From the NCBI GenBank assembly GCA_030603385.1, contig JAUVXW010000017.1, forward strand, positions 1 to 64,000: a stretch of 64,000 bases of DNA. The letters run 5' to 3'. The notes under the pieces were generated by a model, which saw nothing but the letters and a program-made list of their open reading frames with translations, was not told where the DNA came from and did no database searches. Of this stretch, positions 51,215-62,171 are shown in pieces. Positions within the stretch are counted from its first letter, which is position 1, and each line of letters starts with the position of its first letter. A program made the position numbers and the translations under genes. This DNA is from Promethearchaeota archaeon. Lineage in GTDB: Archaea > Asgardarchaeota > Lokiarchaeia > Sigyniarchaeales > SOKP01.

Positions 51215-52351
51215 ATGATCGGAGAAGATAGAGAAGGTAAAGAAATTGAAGCGATACAATTAATAGATATGGCTGAAAACTTAGTTGATAAAAATGAAGG
51301 AGAAGAAGCTATTAATTTTTATGAAAAAGCGGCTCAAATTTATATAGATCTCGGGAGTTACATAAAAATAGATGAACTATATGTAAGAATTACCCAAATA
51401 ATCGCACAATTTAAAAGTAATATTCAAGCTACCTATAGATTGAAATCTATTATTAGAAAGACTGAAGAATTAAAACTATATGAAGTTTCAGCAAAACTAT
51501 TAATCCAATTGGGAAATATATCCTATAAAATGCGAGATTGGGAGACTGCTGGAGAATGTTGGAGGAAAACCTCAGAATATTTATATGAGGATGATCCTGA
51601 AGAATTCAACAGTTTAAGCTCAATCTTCTTATTAAAAGCTGGTCAAGCTTTTGAACGTTCAAGGATAAAAAAGAACGTGGGTAAAAATTTAATCTTAAAA
51701 GCAGTAATGAAAATAAATAAATTTGATGAACTATACGAACAGGAGGAAAAAGAAGCATTAAATCTCTTATCAAGAAAAGATTTTGAATCTTCTGCCACAA
51801 AATTCAACGACATAGCTAATTATTTTAAAAAAGCATTGGAAAATTTAGGAGATTTTATAGATGAGGAAAAATCGAAGGATACAATGCTTAACGCAAAAGC
51901 TCGAGTTATCCATTTTATTGCTGAATATCAAACTATTGCTGCATTATGTTTAAGGGCATCTGAAAACCGTGATTATAATGAAAAAATTAAAGAACTTGGA
52001 ACGGATTCTCTTCAACGGTTCAAAGAATCTATTTCTCTTCTTAAATCTTATCTACATCCTCAAGTTTCGGATTTTGATCATGAAATAATATTAAGAATAA
52101 CATTTGATACAATGTTTATAGCAATTATCCAAGGAATGTTAGGAGCTTATCAACTAAATCCAACTGAATTTTTATTGGAAAACATTGAAGAGAACAAAAA
52201 ATTAGCTAAAGAACTAAAGAATTCCCCTTATTTTAAAATTACGAAACGAATTGAAAAAGTGGGTATTATAGAAGTTTTTGATGACCTCTTAAAGCTCAAT
52301 TTAGGGCATTTTGAAAATATAAAAAACACATTAATTACGTATTTTAAATAA
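51215..52351 (+). CDS. Alpha-helical TPR/SNAP-like repeat protein
   Basis: EAINFYEKAAQIY, WETAGECWRK, FESSATKF helical repeats; SD GGAGAG precedes ATG 51215 (track TTG 51173). Confidence 0.65.
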   Translation: MIGEDREGKEIEAIQLIDMAENLVDKNEGEEAINFYEKAAQIYIDLGSYIKIDELYVRITQIIAQFKSNIQATYRLKSIIRKTEELKLYEVSAKLLIQLGNISYKMRDWETAGECWRKTSEYLYEDDPEEFNSLSSIFLLKAGQAFERSRIKKNVGKNLILKAVMKINKFDELYEQEEKEALNLLSRKDFESSATKFNDIANYFKKALENLGDFIDEEKSKDTMLNAKARVIHFIAEYQTIAALCLRASENRDYNEKIKELGTDSLQRFKESISLLKSYLHPQVSDFDHEIILRITFDTMFIAIIQGMLGAYQLNPTEFLLENIEENKKLAKELKNSPYFKITKRIEKVGIIEVFDDLLKLNLGHFENIKNTLITYFK

Positions 52352-52603
52352 CATGATATTTTTCTAAATTATCATGTAATTACTCAGACTCTCATCCTCT
52401 AAAGAAGTTTTTTTGAGCTATGTAGAAACAACAAAGTTTAAAAATCCTCATCTATATAATTTATTTAATTAAATAGAAAGAGAATTTAAAAAAAAATTTC
52501 TCAAAGCTTTTTCTGTTCTATTAGTTGTATTTGGTTCAAATATCAGATAGAGGGGATTAGGCTAACTATAATAAAATACAACTATGTTTAGGGGATATAA
52601 ACT

Positions 52604-54187
52604 TTGAAAATTCTATATGTAAATCCTGCAAGGCTTACTTCTGGACTTGATGCAATAATTAAAGGGCCTCCTATGAATCTTATATCGATTGCAGCAATGG
52701 TTCCAGAGCATGATGCAAAATTATTTGATTTTAAGGTTCAAAAATATAAAGAAAACAGATTTCGTTCATTATTGAATAAATCAGATATTGTTGCTATTAC
52801 TTCCATGACGCCACAAATCTCTCACGCTTTTGAAGTAGCTGAGATGGCTAAAAAGCAAGGGTGTACCACAATTGTGGGGGGATACCATCCAACCTTAGCA
52901 CCTGATTATGTAGCAAAGCATCCTGCAGTTGATTATATAATACGAGGCGAAGGGGAATATTCATTTCAAGAGTTAGTACAATATCTTGAAAGTAATGAAA
53001 ATCGAAATCTACTAAAAAATATCGATGGAGTTTCATACAAAAATAAGGAAGGAAAAGTAATACATAATAAAGATCGAAGGCTAGAACTCAATTTAGATAA
53101 CTTTCCTATGCCTCGTAGAGATCTTTTAGATGATAAAAAATATGTTTATTTAGGAGCGCAAGTTGCCCAACTGGAAACTTCACGCGGGTGTCCTCATAAT
53201 TGTAAGTTCTGTTGTATCATAAAAATGTGGAGGAATTCAGATGGTCGTGTTACTTATCGAACAAAATCAACAAAAAGAATTCTGAGGGAAATCTATGATA
53301 TCGATTGGAAAAACGATTTCATCTTTTTCTGTGAAGATAATTTTACAATTAAGATAAAACGTACAAAAGAAATTCTTGAAACGATAATTCGCTCGGGAGT
53401 TCCAAACAAGATTCATTTTACTTGCCAATCTCGAGTTGATTCGTTATACCGAAACCCATGGTTAATTGATTTAATGCATAAAGCAGGTATGAGACAAGTT
53501 TTCCTTGGTATTGAATCAGTTCATCAACAAAGTCTGGATGCGATGAACAAACAAAATACCACACCAGAAATGGCACGAAAAGTGGTATCTATGCTACAAG
53601 ATCGTGGAATCTCGATTTTTGGGGGGGTAATCATTGGTTTTCCTGGAGAAACTAAAACGATGGTAAGACAAACCATTCAATTTGCACGATCGCTTAATAT
53701 GACATTTGTGCAATTCACCCCTATAACAGCATTTCCCGGAACCGATTTTTATAATGAAATGAAAGAAAAAAATATGATTACCAGTAATAATTATAAACAT
53801 TATGATTTATTTCATCCAATGATGAGGACTGAGCAACTATCTAGTAGAGACATGTATCGATTAGTCGCAGAAGCATATTCTGCTTATTACCTTAGTAAAG
53901 GTTGGTTTCAAACACTTATAAAAAGATATACTAATCCTTTTGGAGAATTCAATTGGATGATAGGAAATATACCTCGATTCGCTAAAACCGTGATTGTAAG
54001 CGGATTAGATATGCTTCATTCAATGGGAATGACGAAATCAATAATTTCTGATGAAATGAGAGAATTCATGGCACAAGGAGAGGCAATCAAACCTTTGACT
54101 ATAAATAAGCCTGAAAAAATTGGAGAGGAAAAAGAGACTACTATAATAGTTAAAAAGTCAATAAAATCAGTAAAAATTTCCAATTAA
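52604..54187 (+). CDS. B12-binding-domain radical SAM protein
   Basis: IVGGYHPT, RGEGE, SRGCPHNCKFC, EDNF, GIES, IIGFPGET. Confidence 0.92.
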   Translation: MKILYVNPARLTSGLDAIIKGPPMNLISIAAMVPEHDAKLFDFKVQKYKENRFRSLLNKSDIVAITSMTPQISHAFEVAEMAKKQGCTTIVGGYHPTLAPDYVAKHPAVDYIIRGEGEYSFQELVQYLESNENRNLLKNIDGVSYKNKEGKVIHNKDRRLELNLDNFPMPRRDLLDDKKYVYLGAQVAQLETSRGCPHNCKFCCIIKMWRNSDGRVTYRTKSTKRILREIYDIDWKNDFIFFCEDNFTIKIKRTKEILETIIRSGVPNKIHFTCQSRVDSLYRNPWLIDLMHKAGMRQVFLGIESVHQQSLDAMNKQNTTPEMARKVVSMLQDRGISIFGGVIIGFPGETKTMVRQTIQFARSLNMTFVQFTPITAFPGTDFYNEMKEKNMITSNNYKHYDLFHPMMRTEQLSSRDMYRLVAEAYSAYYLSKGWFQTLIKRYTNPFGEFNWMIGNIPRFAKTVIVSGLDMLHSMGMTKSIISDEMREFMAQGEAIKPLTINKPEKIGEEKETTIIVKKSIKSVKISN

Positions 54188-54374
54188 TTTCTATAGTTTT
54201 TCTTGAATAAGGTTTATTTTGTTTGAATGCCTCATCCTGAATGGCTTCAAATACAATATCACCAGCACTATGATATTTACGTTTTTGTCTTTATAATTGA
54301 TAATTTATTATCTATTATTTTAAATTTAAGAATTTCTAATTAAAACTAAATTAAATAATGGAAAAAAATAGAAC

Positions 54375-55595
54375 ATGAATATAAAACTGACTAAGAAATC
54401 TAAACCTCTAATACTAACCGTTGTTTCAATTTCACTTTTATTTTCACTAACAGTATGGTTTTCTCCTAATGCTATCACACCTCAATTAATTAATCTTTGG
54501 AATCTTAACAATTTAGATCTTGCGATTTTAAGCATGATTTTAATAATCGGTTTTGTATTGGGAGGAATTGTTTATTCTGTATTCAATTTACCTGATTTAA
54601 TAAAGACACCCACTTTTTTTAGTTTAAATGCATTCTTGGCAGCATTAGGGAACTTTTTTGCAGCTCTCTCTCCAAATTTCCTCACTTTTATCGTTTTTCG
54701 ATTTTTAACAGGCTTCTTTTTGGCAGGAGTATATCCAACCTCAATGAAATTAATTTCTTCATGGTATAAAAGGAATCGAGGTTTAGCGATCGGAATATTA
54801 TTAGGAGCTTTAACTGCGGGTTCGGGATTACCTTATTTATTTAATTTAACTGGACTTCCAAATTGGCGCATGGTATTAAGCTTATCATCTCTTTTAGCAT
54901 TAATTGGTTCTGTTTCAATATATCTTTTTATTCAAGAAGGACCTCATATATCACGTGGAGCTAAATTTCAATTTTCAAACTTAAAAGAGATTTTAGGGAA
55001 AAAATCAACGCGGCTAGCCAACTTTTCATATTTTGGACATATGTGGGAACTTTATGCTTTTTGGGTCTGGATACCTAAATTTTTGCAAGAAGTACATTCT
55101 CACACCAGTCCTGGTATAGATGTGAACTTATATTTTTCTCTTGGAACTTTCTTAATATTTTTTAGTGGAGCTCTAGGGAACGTGATTGGAGGTAAAATTG
55201 CTGACCTTATTGGAAGGACTAAATTTAATATTATTATGCTTATCATTAGTGGTTCAAGCTCGTTAATAATTGGTTTTTTCTTAAATAATGCAATTTTAGC
55301 ATTAGTTATAGCGATCATTTGGGGGCTTACTATAGTTCCAGATTCACCTCAATATTCTGCTATGATATCGGAATTATCAGACCCCGCATATATAGGAACT
55401 GCTTTAACAATTCAAACAACATTTGGTTTTGCCATAACAAATATAACAATTTGGTTGTTACCCGTAATAGTTGATTCAACCAGCTGGATCTTTGGATTTG
55501 GATTTCTAGTTTTAGGCCCACTAATTGGAATTCTTTCACTAATTAAATTGAGAAAAGAACCTGATTCTGTACAAATTGCTCAAGGAAAAAAATGA
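54375..55595 (+). CDS. MFS transporter
   Basis: About 12 TM segments, FRFLTGFFLAGVYP, GGKIADLIGRTK. Confidence 0.9.
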   Translation: MNIKLTKKSKPLILTVVSISLLFSLTVWFSPNAITPQLINLWNLNNLDLAILSMILIIGFVLGGIVYSVFNLPDLIKTPTFFSLNAFLAALGNFFAALSPNFLTFIVFRFLTGFFLAGVYPTSMKLISSWYKRNRGLAIGILLGALTAGSGLPYLFNLTGLPNWRMVLSLSSLLALIGSVSIYLFIQEGPHISRGAKFQFSNLKEILGKKSTRLANFSYFGHMWELYAFWVWIPKFLQEVHSHTSPGIDVNLYFSLGTFLIFFSGALGNVIGGKIADLIGRTKFNIIMLIISGSSSLIIGFFLNNAILALVIAIIWGLTIVPDSPQYSAMISELSDPAYIGTALTIQTTFGFAITNITIWLLPVIVDSTSWIFGFGFLVLGPLIGILSLIKLRKEPDSVQIAQGKK

Positions 55596-55613
55596 AATAT
55601 GACAAATACCTTT

Positions 55614-56132
55614 TTATAAATCATTTAAAATTTTATCTATAATTTTTTTTAGCTTATTTGCTAACCTTGGATTTGTCCTTCCACAAGTTTCTAAAATAAT
55701 TAAGCCTTGTTTAGCATAGTTCCTTTGTTTTTCAACATTCCACTCAGGTAATTTCATATCCATAAGATTATCTATCCGATCAGCCATTTTTATCAATTTA
55801 GCTTCTTTTGAAGAAGTGTCAAATGCTCTCAACCATTCTTCTTTACTAATATTTTCTGGTTTTGATAATTCCTTCACAATTGAAGCTACATCAGTTCCAA
55901 ATTCTGTTTTTAATTCTTCAAATGTTAAATCAGTATCTTCTAAGAGATCGTGAAACAATGCTGCTATTATCAAACCTTTATCCTTGGATTCAGAAAAACC
56001 AGCAGCTCGTAAAATCATAGCAACTCGAATTGGATGAACTACAAAAGGTACATCTGCGGATTTCCGTTTTAAACTACCATATTTTAGAAAAGCAAAATTT
56101 ATTGCTTCCCACAATTTTTCAAATTCTCTCAT
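55614..56132 (-). CDS. HD-domain hydrolase (Mesh1/SpoT-hydrolase-like)
   Basis: RKS..PFVVHP, AALFHDLLEDT, IKMADRIDNL. Confidence 0.88.
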   Translation of the reverse strand: MREFEKLWEAINFAFLKYGSLKRKSADVPFVVHPIRVAMILRAAGFSESKDKGLIIAALFHDLLEDTDLTFEELKTEFGTDVASIVKELSKPENISKEEWLRAFDTSSKEAKLIKMADRIDNLMDMKLPEWNVEKQRNYAKQGLIILETCGRTNPRLANKLKKIIDKILNDL

Positions 56133-56248
56133 TTCTTATCAATACAGTGAATATATGGAATAATATCACTAAGATTGCTTAAAAACATTAAATTTAAAAA
56201 ATGTTACCTAATTAACGCTCCAAAAAAAGAGTAATACAAAATAAATTT

Positions 56249-56572
56249 TTAGAACTTAATCGTTAACTTATGAAACTTTAACTTACTCAATTTGCGAACT
56301 CCATGAGCTCCAGATGTGTAATCACATGTAATTAAGTCAGCTTCTTCAAGTTTCTTAATTTGAGCTGATATGTTTGCCTCGGTCATATTTAAATTAGAAG
56401 CGATACTTGATACATCCATTGGTTCTTCTTGAATATAATGGAGTATCTTTCTCCTTGTTCGTGAGGACAAGGCTTTAACAATCTTTTCAATCTGATCATC
56501 TGATTCTATAAAGACAGATTCTGACTTATTTTGTAAATTTACTTGTAAAAAACCCGATTGCGAAATCTCCAT
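56249..56572 (-). CDS. ArsR-family winged-helix regulator
   Basis: KALSSRTRRKIL, IASNLNMTEANISAQIKKLEEADLI. Confidence 0.85.
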   Translation of the reverse strand: MEISQSGFLQVNLQNKSESVFIESDDQIEKIVKALSSRTRRKILHYIQEEPMDVSSIASNLNMTEANISAQIKKLEEADLITCDYTSGAHGVRKLSKLKFHKLTIKF

Positions 56573-57393
56573 AACTTTTTATTCAACCCTTAATAAATTT
56601 TTTGCTTTCGATTACAAGAACATTATGTTTTTTTTAACTTTTAAGCATTTCTGAGTTAGGTTTCAAAAATTTTGTTATTTTGTAAGAATTCATTTGTAAT
56701 AGTTTGAATTAAATGATTATATAAGTTACATTTGATATAAGAAAAAGTTGAAAATTTAATTTTCATTAAATAAATGATATTTTTAATAGATCTTCATTTA
56801 ATATAACTGAGGCTCTGAAAAAGATTAAATCTGAATTGATATTGCTCAAAATGACAAAAATCTAACTTTTAAGTTAAGTTTAATATTGATTGGTTCTAAA
56901 ATTTGAACAAAAATGATTAAAATTAAATTATATTAAATATGACGAAATACGACAAAAATTTTATGAAAATTTAACTATTTATTTAATAAAACGCAGGTTT
57001 TACCTTTAACATATGTATTTGGTTGTTTTTGTGAATTTTTGATTGTAATGTAAAACTTCTACGGAAATCTGAGATAGTAAGTTGGTTTATCTAATAATTC
57101 ACATCTCATTTGAGAATTTCTCTATTTAGATCAAATTTCTTAATAAATTTTAAGAGAATAAGAAATGTGTTATATATTTAAATGAATCAAATTCCTGTTA
57201 TCATAATTTTAATTATTATTCTTATAGTTTCTTTCGTATAAGTCTAAATTATTATTCTAATTCTACATACTGTAAATAAAAGATTTCATAAAAAGGTAAA
57301 ATCACAATCATTAAAATACTAAAGTTACTTAATATACATTAGATATCAATTAATTACAAATATTACAAACAAAAATCTATGAGATTGTTATAA

Positions 57394-58053
57394 ATGAGCC
57401 CGAATCCAACACAGAAATCCGCAATTTCTGCAAAATTGCGTTCAGATGATCGAAGAAAATCAAAAGATTCAACAGTAGTTATAACTGTTAGAATTGATGA
57501 AGATTTGAATGACAATATCGAGGAAATTCGGCAGGAATTGGGCATTTCCAAAGCTGATTTCATACGAAATTACTTGGAAATGTCTAAATCTATTATTAAG
57601 CAAAAGGGTTCAATAAAATCATTAAATAAAAGAGATCTATTGATTGTTAAAAGAAGTTATTTAAGAAAACTAATAGAAAGTTCAGTCGAAGGTGAACAAA
57701 TAAAATTAGGAGACAAATTGGGACGATTTATAAACGACACTGCAAGAACTAATGGGAAAGTAGATGATATTGAGTATAAATTAGATTTATGCGATAGTTT
57801 AGGTTTTTTCCTTCGGGATGTTGATAAGGAAGGATATGTAAACATTTTAAAAAAATTTGGTCCAAAGAAATTTGTAGAGGCATTTATATGGCGGTTGTTT
57901 AAGCAAGATGAATTTAATTCGAAATATACTGAAGAAGAATTAAAGGGTAGTAAAAGTTTAACCCAACAATATGAAAAAGAGATTCAGTCTGTTAATAGAT
58001 CCTCATCTCATTACTCGTTTGAATTTGCAAAAATACCTGAAAAAGAGAAATAG
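57394..58053 (+). CDS. Ribbon-helix-helix protein with a C-terminal domain of unknown function
   Basis: VITVRIDEDL...GISKADFIRNYL. Confidence 0.75.
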   Translation: MSPNPTQKSAISAKLRSDDRRKSKDSTVVITVRIDEDLNDNIEEIRQELGISKADFIRNYLEMSKSIIKQKGSIKSLNKRDLLIVKRSYLRKLIESSVEGEQIKLGDKLGRFINDTARTNGKVDDIEYKLDLCDSLGFFLRDVDKEGYVNILKKFGPKKFVEAFIWRLFKQDEFNSKYTEEELKGSKSLTQQYEKEIQSVNRSSSHYSFEFAKIPEKEK

Positions 58054-58062
58054 GATAAAAAT

Positions 58063-59784
58063 TTAACTTTTATCTATAATTTCTTTTAATCCTAAAACGG
58101 GAACAATTATTTTATTAGGACGAAAAAGGATTTCATAGCTTAATTCGTAGAGAGCCCTCTCAATATAAAAATATGTAATTAGTATGTAACTTAGGTTTAG
58201 GTTCTTTAAAATCTTGCTCATTAGCTTAGATTCCCATATATTTAGTACATTTAAAACTATATCTAGGATTTTGTTTAAAGGTCTAGCTGCTCTTCTAAAG
58301 TAAAGATTGTAAAGTATTTCTTCAGGTACTTCATACTTATCTCTTCGTACAATCTTATTCTCGATAAACCTCAGTAAAGTGTTAAATTTTATATAACTTA
58401 AAGCTCTAAGGAATGATGCTAAATCTTTTTCGACAGGAAATTTACCTTTTTTTTCTTCTAAAAGAAGTTGTGGGTCACCTTCAAAATCAATAAAATAGAA
58501 TATATACTTGTCATTGACTTTATTATATAATATTTGGTCCATATGCAAATCTTGATGTACATGTTGAATATCGATTTTTGGTGCTTCAAATTCAGCACGA
58601 AATCTTTCGATAATGTCTTTGATATCTATTAAAATTGAACTAATTTTAGGTAAATTGAAAAAAGCGCTTTCAGGTTGTTGAGTCATATGGGTAAGCAATT
58701 CGGAGATCATTGAATTCAATCTTTCGGTATACTTTTTAAGATAAGTAGTGCTCTCTACTGACTCTAAACTATAGTCTTCTTGGCTTGGTAAAATTAATGA
58801 CTGATGTAAATTGGTAATATAATGCCCAATATCAGAAGATACTTTTATGGTTTCCATACAGTGTTCTTTAATTAGAATTGAAGCATTTGATTTTTCAGTA
58901 TATTTAGAATAATCGTTATTTACTTTTTTAAACACATTATTGATCATATTATTGAGTTCATTCCAATAGATATCACCTAAATTTCCTAAATTCGGAACGC
59001 TTTCAATTATTCCAATAATTTCTTTATTCTGTATTTTAATTGTTCCGTATATTTTTGGAGAGTTTGGAAATTTATTTTTAACCAAAACAAATAAAGTAAA
59101 AGGTTCTAAACTCACTGAATAATCTTTATATGACTTTAAAACATAAGAAACAGAAGGTTGGTCAGGATTCCTTTTATTAGAAATATTTAGCAAAAATAGA
59201 ATGTTAGTTGTATTTCCCCCCCCCAGTTGATCTAAAGAAAGTTCATATCTATCAGGATACAAACCAGCTTCTATTAGATTTTGTACTTTTTTCATATTTA
59301 TGTCATCCTCAAACTGTTTAGTATAAAGAGTTAATTCCATGGTCATTGATGGAAAATTTTCAGAAATAGTTGTATCAAATAACATCTTCCTCCAAAAAAA
59401 TAAGCAGAATTCTGCTTCCATTAAATTCAGAGTAATAATTTTTTGTTCATTTTCGATTGTTATCGCTAATTTCTTGCTAAAGGTATTTTCAGTAAGATTG
59501 ACAATAATCTCTCTAGTTTTTTCTATAGGTTCTAAAATATCTTCTATTTTCTCATAATAGATTAAAGGAAGAAAGTATGTTTTGGAATAATCAGAAGTTT
59601 TAACTTCGAGTATGGTTAATAGAATTCTCTCAGCAATTATTTCAAAATAATTGATCCCGATACTGAACTCTAAATTTGAGAGTGTTGATTTGTCTCCAAA
59701 CCACCTTTTTGAAAGGAGCCATCCTTTAAATTCATTTGAATTACAGACATCTTGAATTAAATTTTTATCAAGGTACTTAATCAT
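58063..59784 (-). CDS. mak: Maltokinase (Mak/Pep2)-like protein
   Basis: WLLSKRWFGDK cap, HQDLHMDQIL, IDFEGDP, KDLASFLRALSY, ERALYELSYE...RP. Confidence 0.8.
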   Translation of the reverse strand: MIKYLDKNLIQDVCNSNEFKGWLLSKRWFGDKSTLSNLEFSIGINYFEIIAERILLTILEVKTSDYSKTYFLPLIYYEKIEDILEPIEKTREIIVNLTENTFSKKLAITIENEQKIITLNLMEAEFCLFFWRKMLFDTTISENFPSMTMELTLYTKQFEDDINMKKVQNLIEAGLYPDRYELSLDQLGGGNTTNILFLLNISNKRNPDQPSVSYVLKSYKDYSVSLEPFTLFVLVKNKFPNSPKIYGTIKIQNKEIIGIIESVPNLGNLGDIYWNELNNMINNVFKKVNNDYSKYTEKSNASILIKEHCMETIKVSSDIGHYITNLHQSLILPSQEDYSLESVESTTYLKKYTERLNSMISELLTHMTQQPESAFFNLPKISSILIDIKDIIERFRAEFEAPKIDIQHVHQDLHMDQILYNKVNDKYIFYFIDFEGDPQLLLEEKKGKFPVEKDLASFLRALSYIKFNTLLRFIENKIVRRDKYEVPEEILYNLYFRRAARPLNKILDIVLNVLNIWESKLMSKILKNLNLSYILITYFYIERALYELSYEILFRPNKIIVPVLGLKEIIDKS

Positions 59785-59857
59785 AAGATTAGTTATCTTT
59801 TATAAGTAAAAATCTTTTACTTATATTTAACTACTATAAAAATGTGAGTTCATAAAT

Positions 59858-62041
59858 ATGAGTGAAAAAAGTATTCATTTACCCATTATCTTTCACTTTC
59901 ACCAACCTGTTGACAATTCCCCTTGGGTTTTAGAGAATGCCTATAAAAAATCATATGACCCCCTAATTGATAATATTTTCAAATTCCCAGACGTTAAAAT
60001 AACATTACATTTTTCAGGTTATTTGTTAGAATGGCTTTTAGATAATAAGCATGAATTCATAGAAAAATTAAAAACCATGATAAAAAGGGGACAAATCGAG
60101 ATAATAGGTGGGGGGTATTATGAACCAATTTTTGCTATGATACCTTATAGAGACAGAATTGCTCAGATTAAAAAATTATCTGATTTAATTAAAAGCGAGT
60201 TCGATCTAGATGTTAAAGCTGCCTGGTTACCGGAAAGAGTTTGGGAACCCAATTATCCATCCTTTTTATATGATGCTGGATTAAAATATGTGATTGTTGA
60301 TGATAATCATTTTAGATCGGCAGGAATAACAGAAGAAGAGACTCTATACTCGTATGTAACGGAAGATGAAGGGAAGACATTACGTGTCTTTGCAATTAAT
60401 GAGGAGCTAAGATATTTAACACCTTGGAAACCAACCTATTACTCTATTGATTATTTAAAAAAATTGGCTGATGAAAATGTTGATAGAATTGTTCTGTTAA
60501 TGTCGGATGCTGAAAAGGTTGGCGTGTGGGGAACTACTCACCAAATATGCTATGTAGAGGGACAGGGTCATGATGAGGGGGATAATGGAAAACCGTTTAT
60601 TCCCGCGTTTTTAGAACAAATTAGAAGTAATTCTTGGATAAAATCCATAACACTAACGGAATATATGGAAAAGTTCCCAGCAAGAGGTTTGATGTATCTT
60701 CCGACCGCAAGTTATGACCGTATGGAGGTGTGGAGCTTACAAACACAAATTCGCAAGAATTTCAAAAAGATTAAAAAAACTATGAAGGCCGATGAGACCA
60801 AAAAGGAGACATATCAATTTTTAAAGGGAGGATTTTGGAGATATTTCTTTGTGAAGTATCCTGAATCAAATAATATGCATAAAAAAATGCTTTATGTTAG
60901 AAATAAACTCATTTACACTGAAGAAAACTTACTAAAAATTCAAGATGATAATATCATTTCCATCATTTTAAATAAAATAAATAACGCATGGGATGAAATC
61001 TATAAAGCCCAGAGTAATGACAGCTATTGGCATGGTCTATTTGGGGGTGTTTATTTACAATTCTTAAGGTTTTCTGTTTACACGCATTTAATAAACGCTG
61101 AAAAGTTAATTGATACAATAAATGCCCTTATTAATCCAAATTTAACATCATATATTTACATAACACCCATTGATTTCAATAAAAACAGTAAAACTGAATA
61201 TATTATTGAATCAGATATTTATAATCTATATATTGATCCTAATGATGGTGGCACTCTTTTTGAACTAGATTATAAGCCAAAATCATATAATTTATTGAAT
61301 ACTATGACAAGATGGCCTGAGGCTTATCATGAAAGTAAAAAATTAGAAATTTACGAAGTATTAGTTGATAGATTTAGAAGAAGTATGTTCCGTCTGAGAT
61401 TTTTACAAGACGATGTGACAATCGAACAGTTTCAATCGGATAAATACTATGAATTCGGAAATTTTGTAAATGGAGATTTTAAAGTCACTAGTAGCGAAAA
61501 AGAAGGAAAAATAGCAATATTAGAGATGGAAAAGGTTGGGAGTGTAAAAGACACCGATACTGATAACAGAATTCCAGTCAGAATTACAAAAGATATCTAT
61601 GTAGAAGATAATGAAATTGAGATTATTGTGAGAATTAATTTCGAAGAAATTTCTGGTCAAGAAGAAATTCTTAAACGGATTATCAAATATTTAAACATTG
61701 CGATAGATATTCCCTTTTTCTTCAATGGAGACACAATAAATTACAATAAATTCCAATGGGAAAGCAACCAATTAGAATTGAATGGTGATGAAGGGAGGGA
61801 TCTTTTAGAGCCTTTTCAATATGAAGGAACACATTTTAAAGCGTATGATGAATCTTACGATATAAGTGTAGAATTTGATATTTCTAGCGACTTAGATTCA
61901 GTTAAAATTTATAAATTCCCAATTATCGCCTATGTATATACAGATGAGGGTTATAGAAAGATATATCAAGGAATAAATGTAAGTCCTCTTTTTAAATTTG
62001 AAAAGAGTTTTGAATTTCACCTCAAACTAAAGACTTTTTAG
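59858..62041 (+). CDS. GH57 alpha-amylase / 4-alpha-glucanotransferase
   Basis: HFHQP, GGGYYEPI, WLPERVWEP, SDAEKVG, AQSNDSYWHGLFGGVY. Confidence 0.92.
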   Translation: MSEKSIHLPIIFHFHQPVDNSPWVLENAYKKSYDPLIDNIFKFPDVKITLHFSGYLLEWLLDNKHEFIEKLKTMIKRGQIEIIGGGYYEPIFAMIPYRDRIAQIKKLSDLIKSEFDLDVKAAWLPERVWEPNYPSFLYDAGLKYVIVDDNHFRSAGITEEETLYSYVTEDEGKTLRVFAINEELRYLTPWKPTYYSIDYLKKLADENVDRIVLLMSDAEKVGVWGTTHQICYVEGQGHDEGDNGKPFIPAFLEQIRSNSWIKSITLTEYMEKFPARGLMYLPTASYDRMEVWSLQTQIRKNFKKIKKTMKADETKKETYQFLKGGFWRYFFVKYPESNNMHKKMLYVRNKLIYTEENLLKIQDDNIISIILNKINNAWDEIYKAQSNDSYWHGLFGGVYLQFLRFSVYTHLINAEKLIDTINALINPNLTSYIYITPIDFNKNSKTEYIIESDIYNLYIDPNDGGTLFELDYKPKSYNLLNTMTRWPEAYHESKKLEIYEVLVDRFRRSMFRLRFLQDDVTIEQFQSDKYYEFGNFVNGDFKVTSSEKEGKIAILEMEKVGSVKDTDTDNRIPVRITKDIYVEDNEIEIIVRINFEEISGQEEILKRIIKYLNIAIDIPFFFNGDTINYNKFQWESNQLELNGDEGRDLLEPFQYEGTHFKAYDESYDISVEFDISSDLDSVKIYKFPIIAYVYTDEGYRKIYQGINVSPLFKFEKSFEFHLKLKTF

Positions 62042-62171
62042 TATTTATACTTTCCTAAAAATTACAAATTTATTGATATTAGGAAGAATTTCGTCGGTTT
62101 AGCTATATTTTAAATGTATTAAGGTACTAATAACAAATAGGAGTATATAAAAATTAGAGGTTTCATGGACT

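Noticed and set aside
54150-54290. Short open stretch on the minus strand (RQKRKYHSAGDIVFEAIQDEAFKQ...)
   Set aside because: No start codon after the upstream stop and no recognisable family; at most a gene remnant.
56573-57393. Possible replication origin
   Set aside because: No ORB-like repeats with G-strings were seen and there is no adjacent orc1/cdc6 gene.
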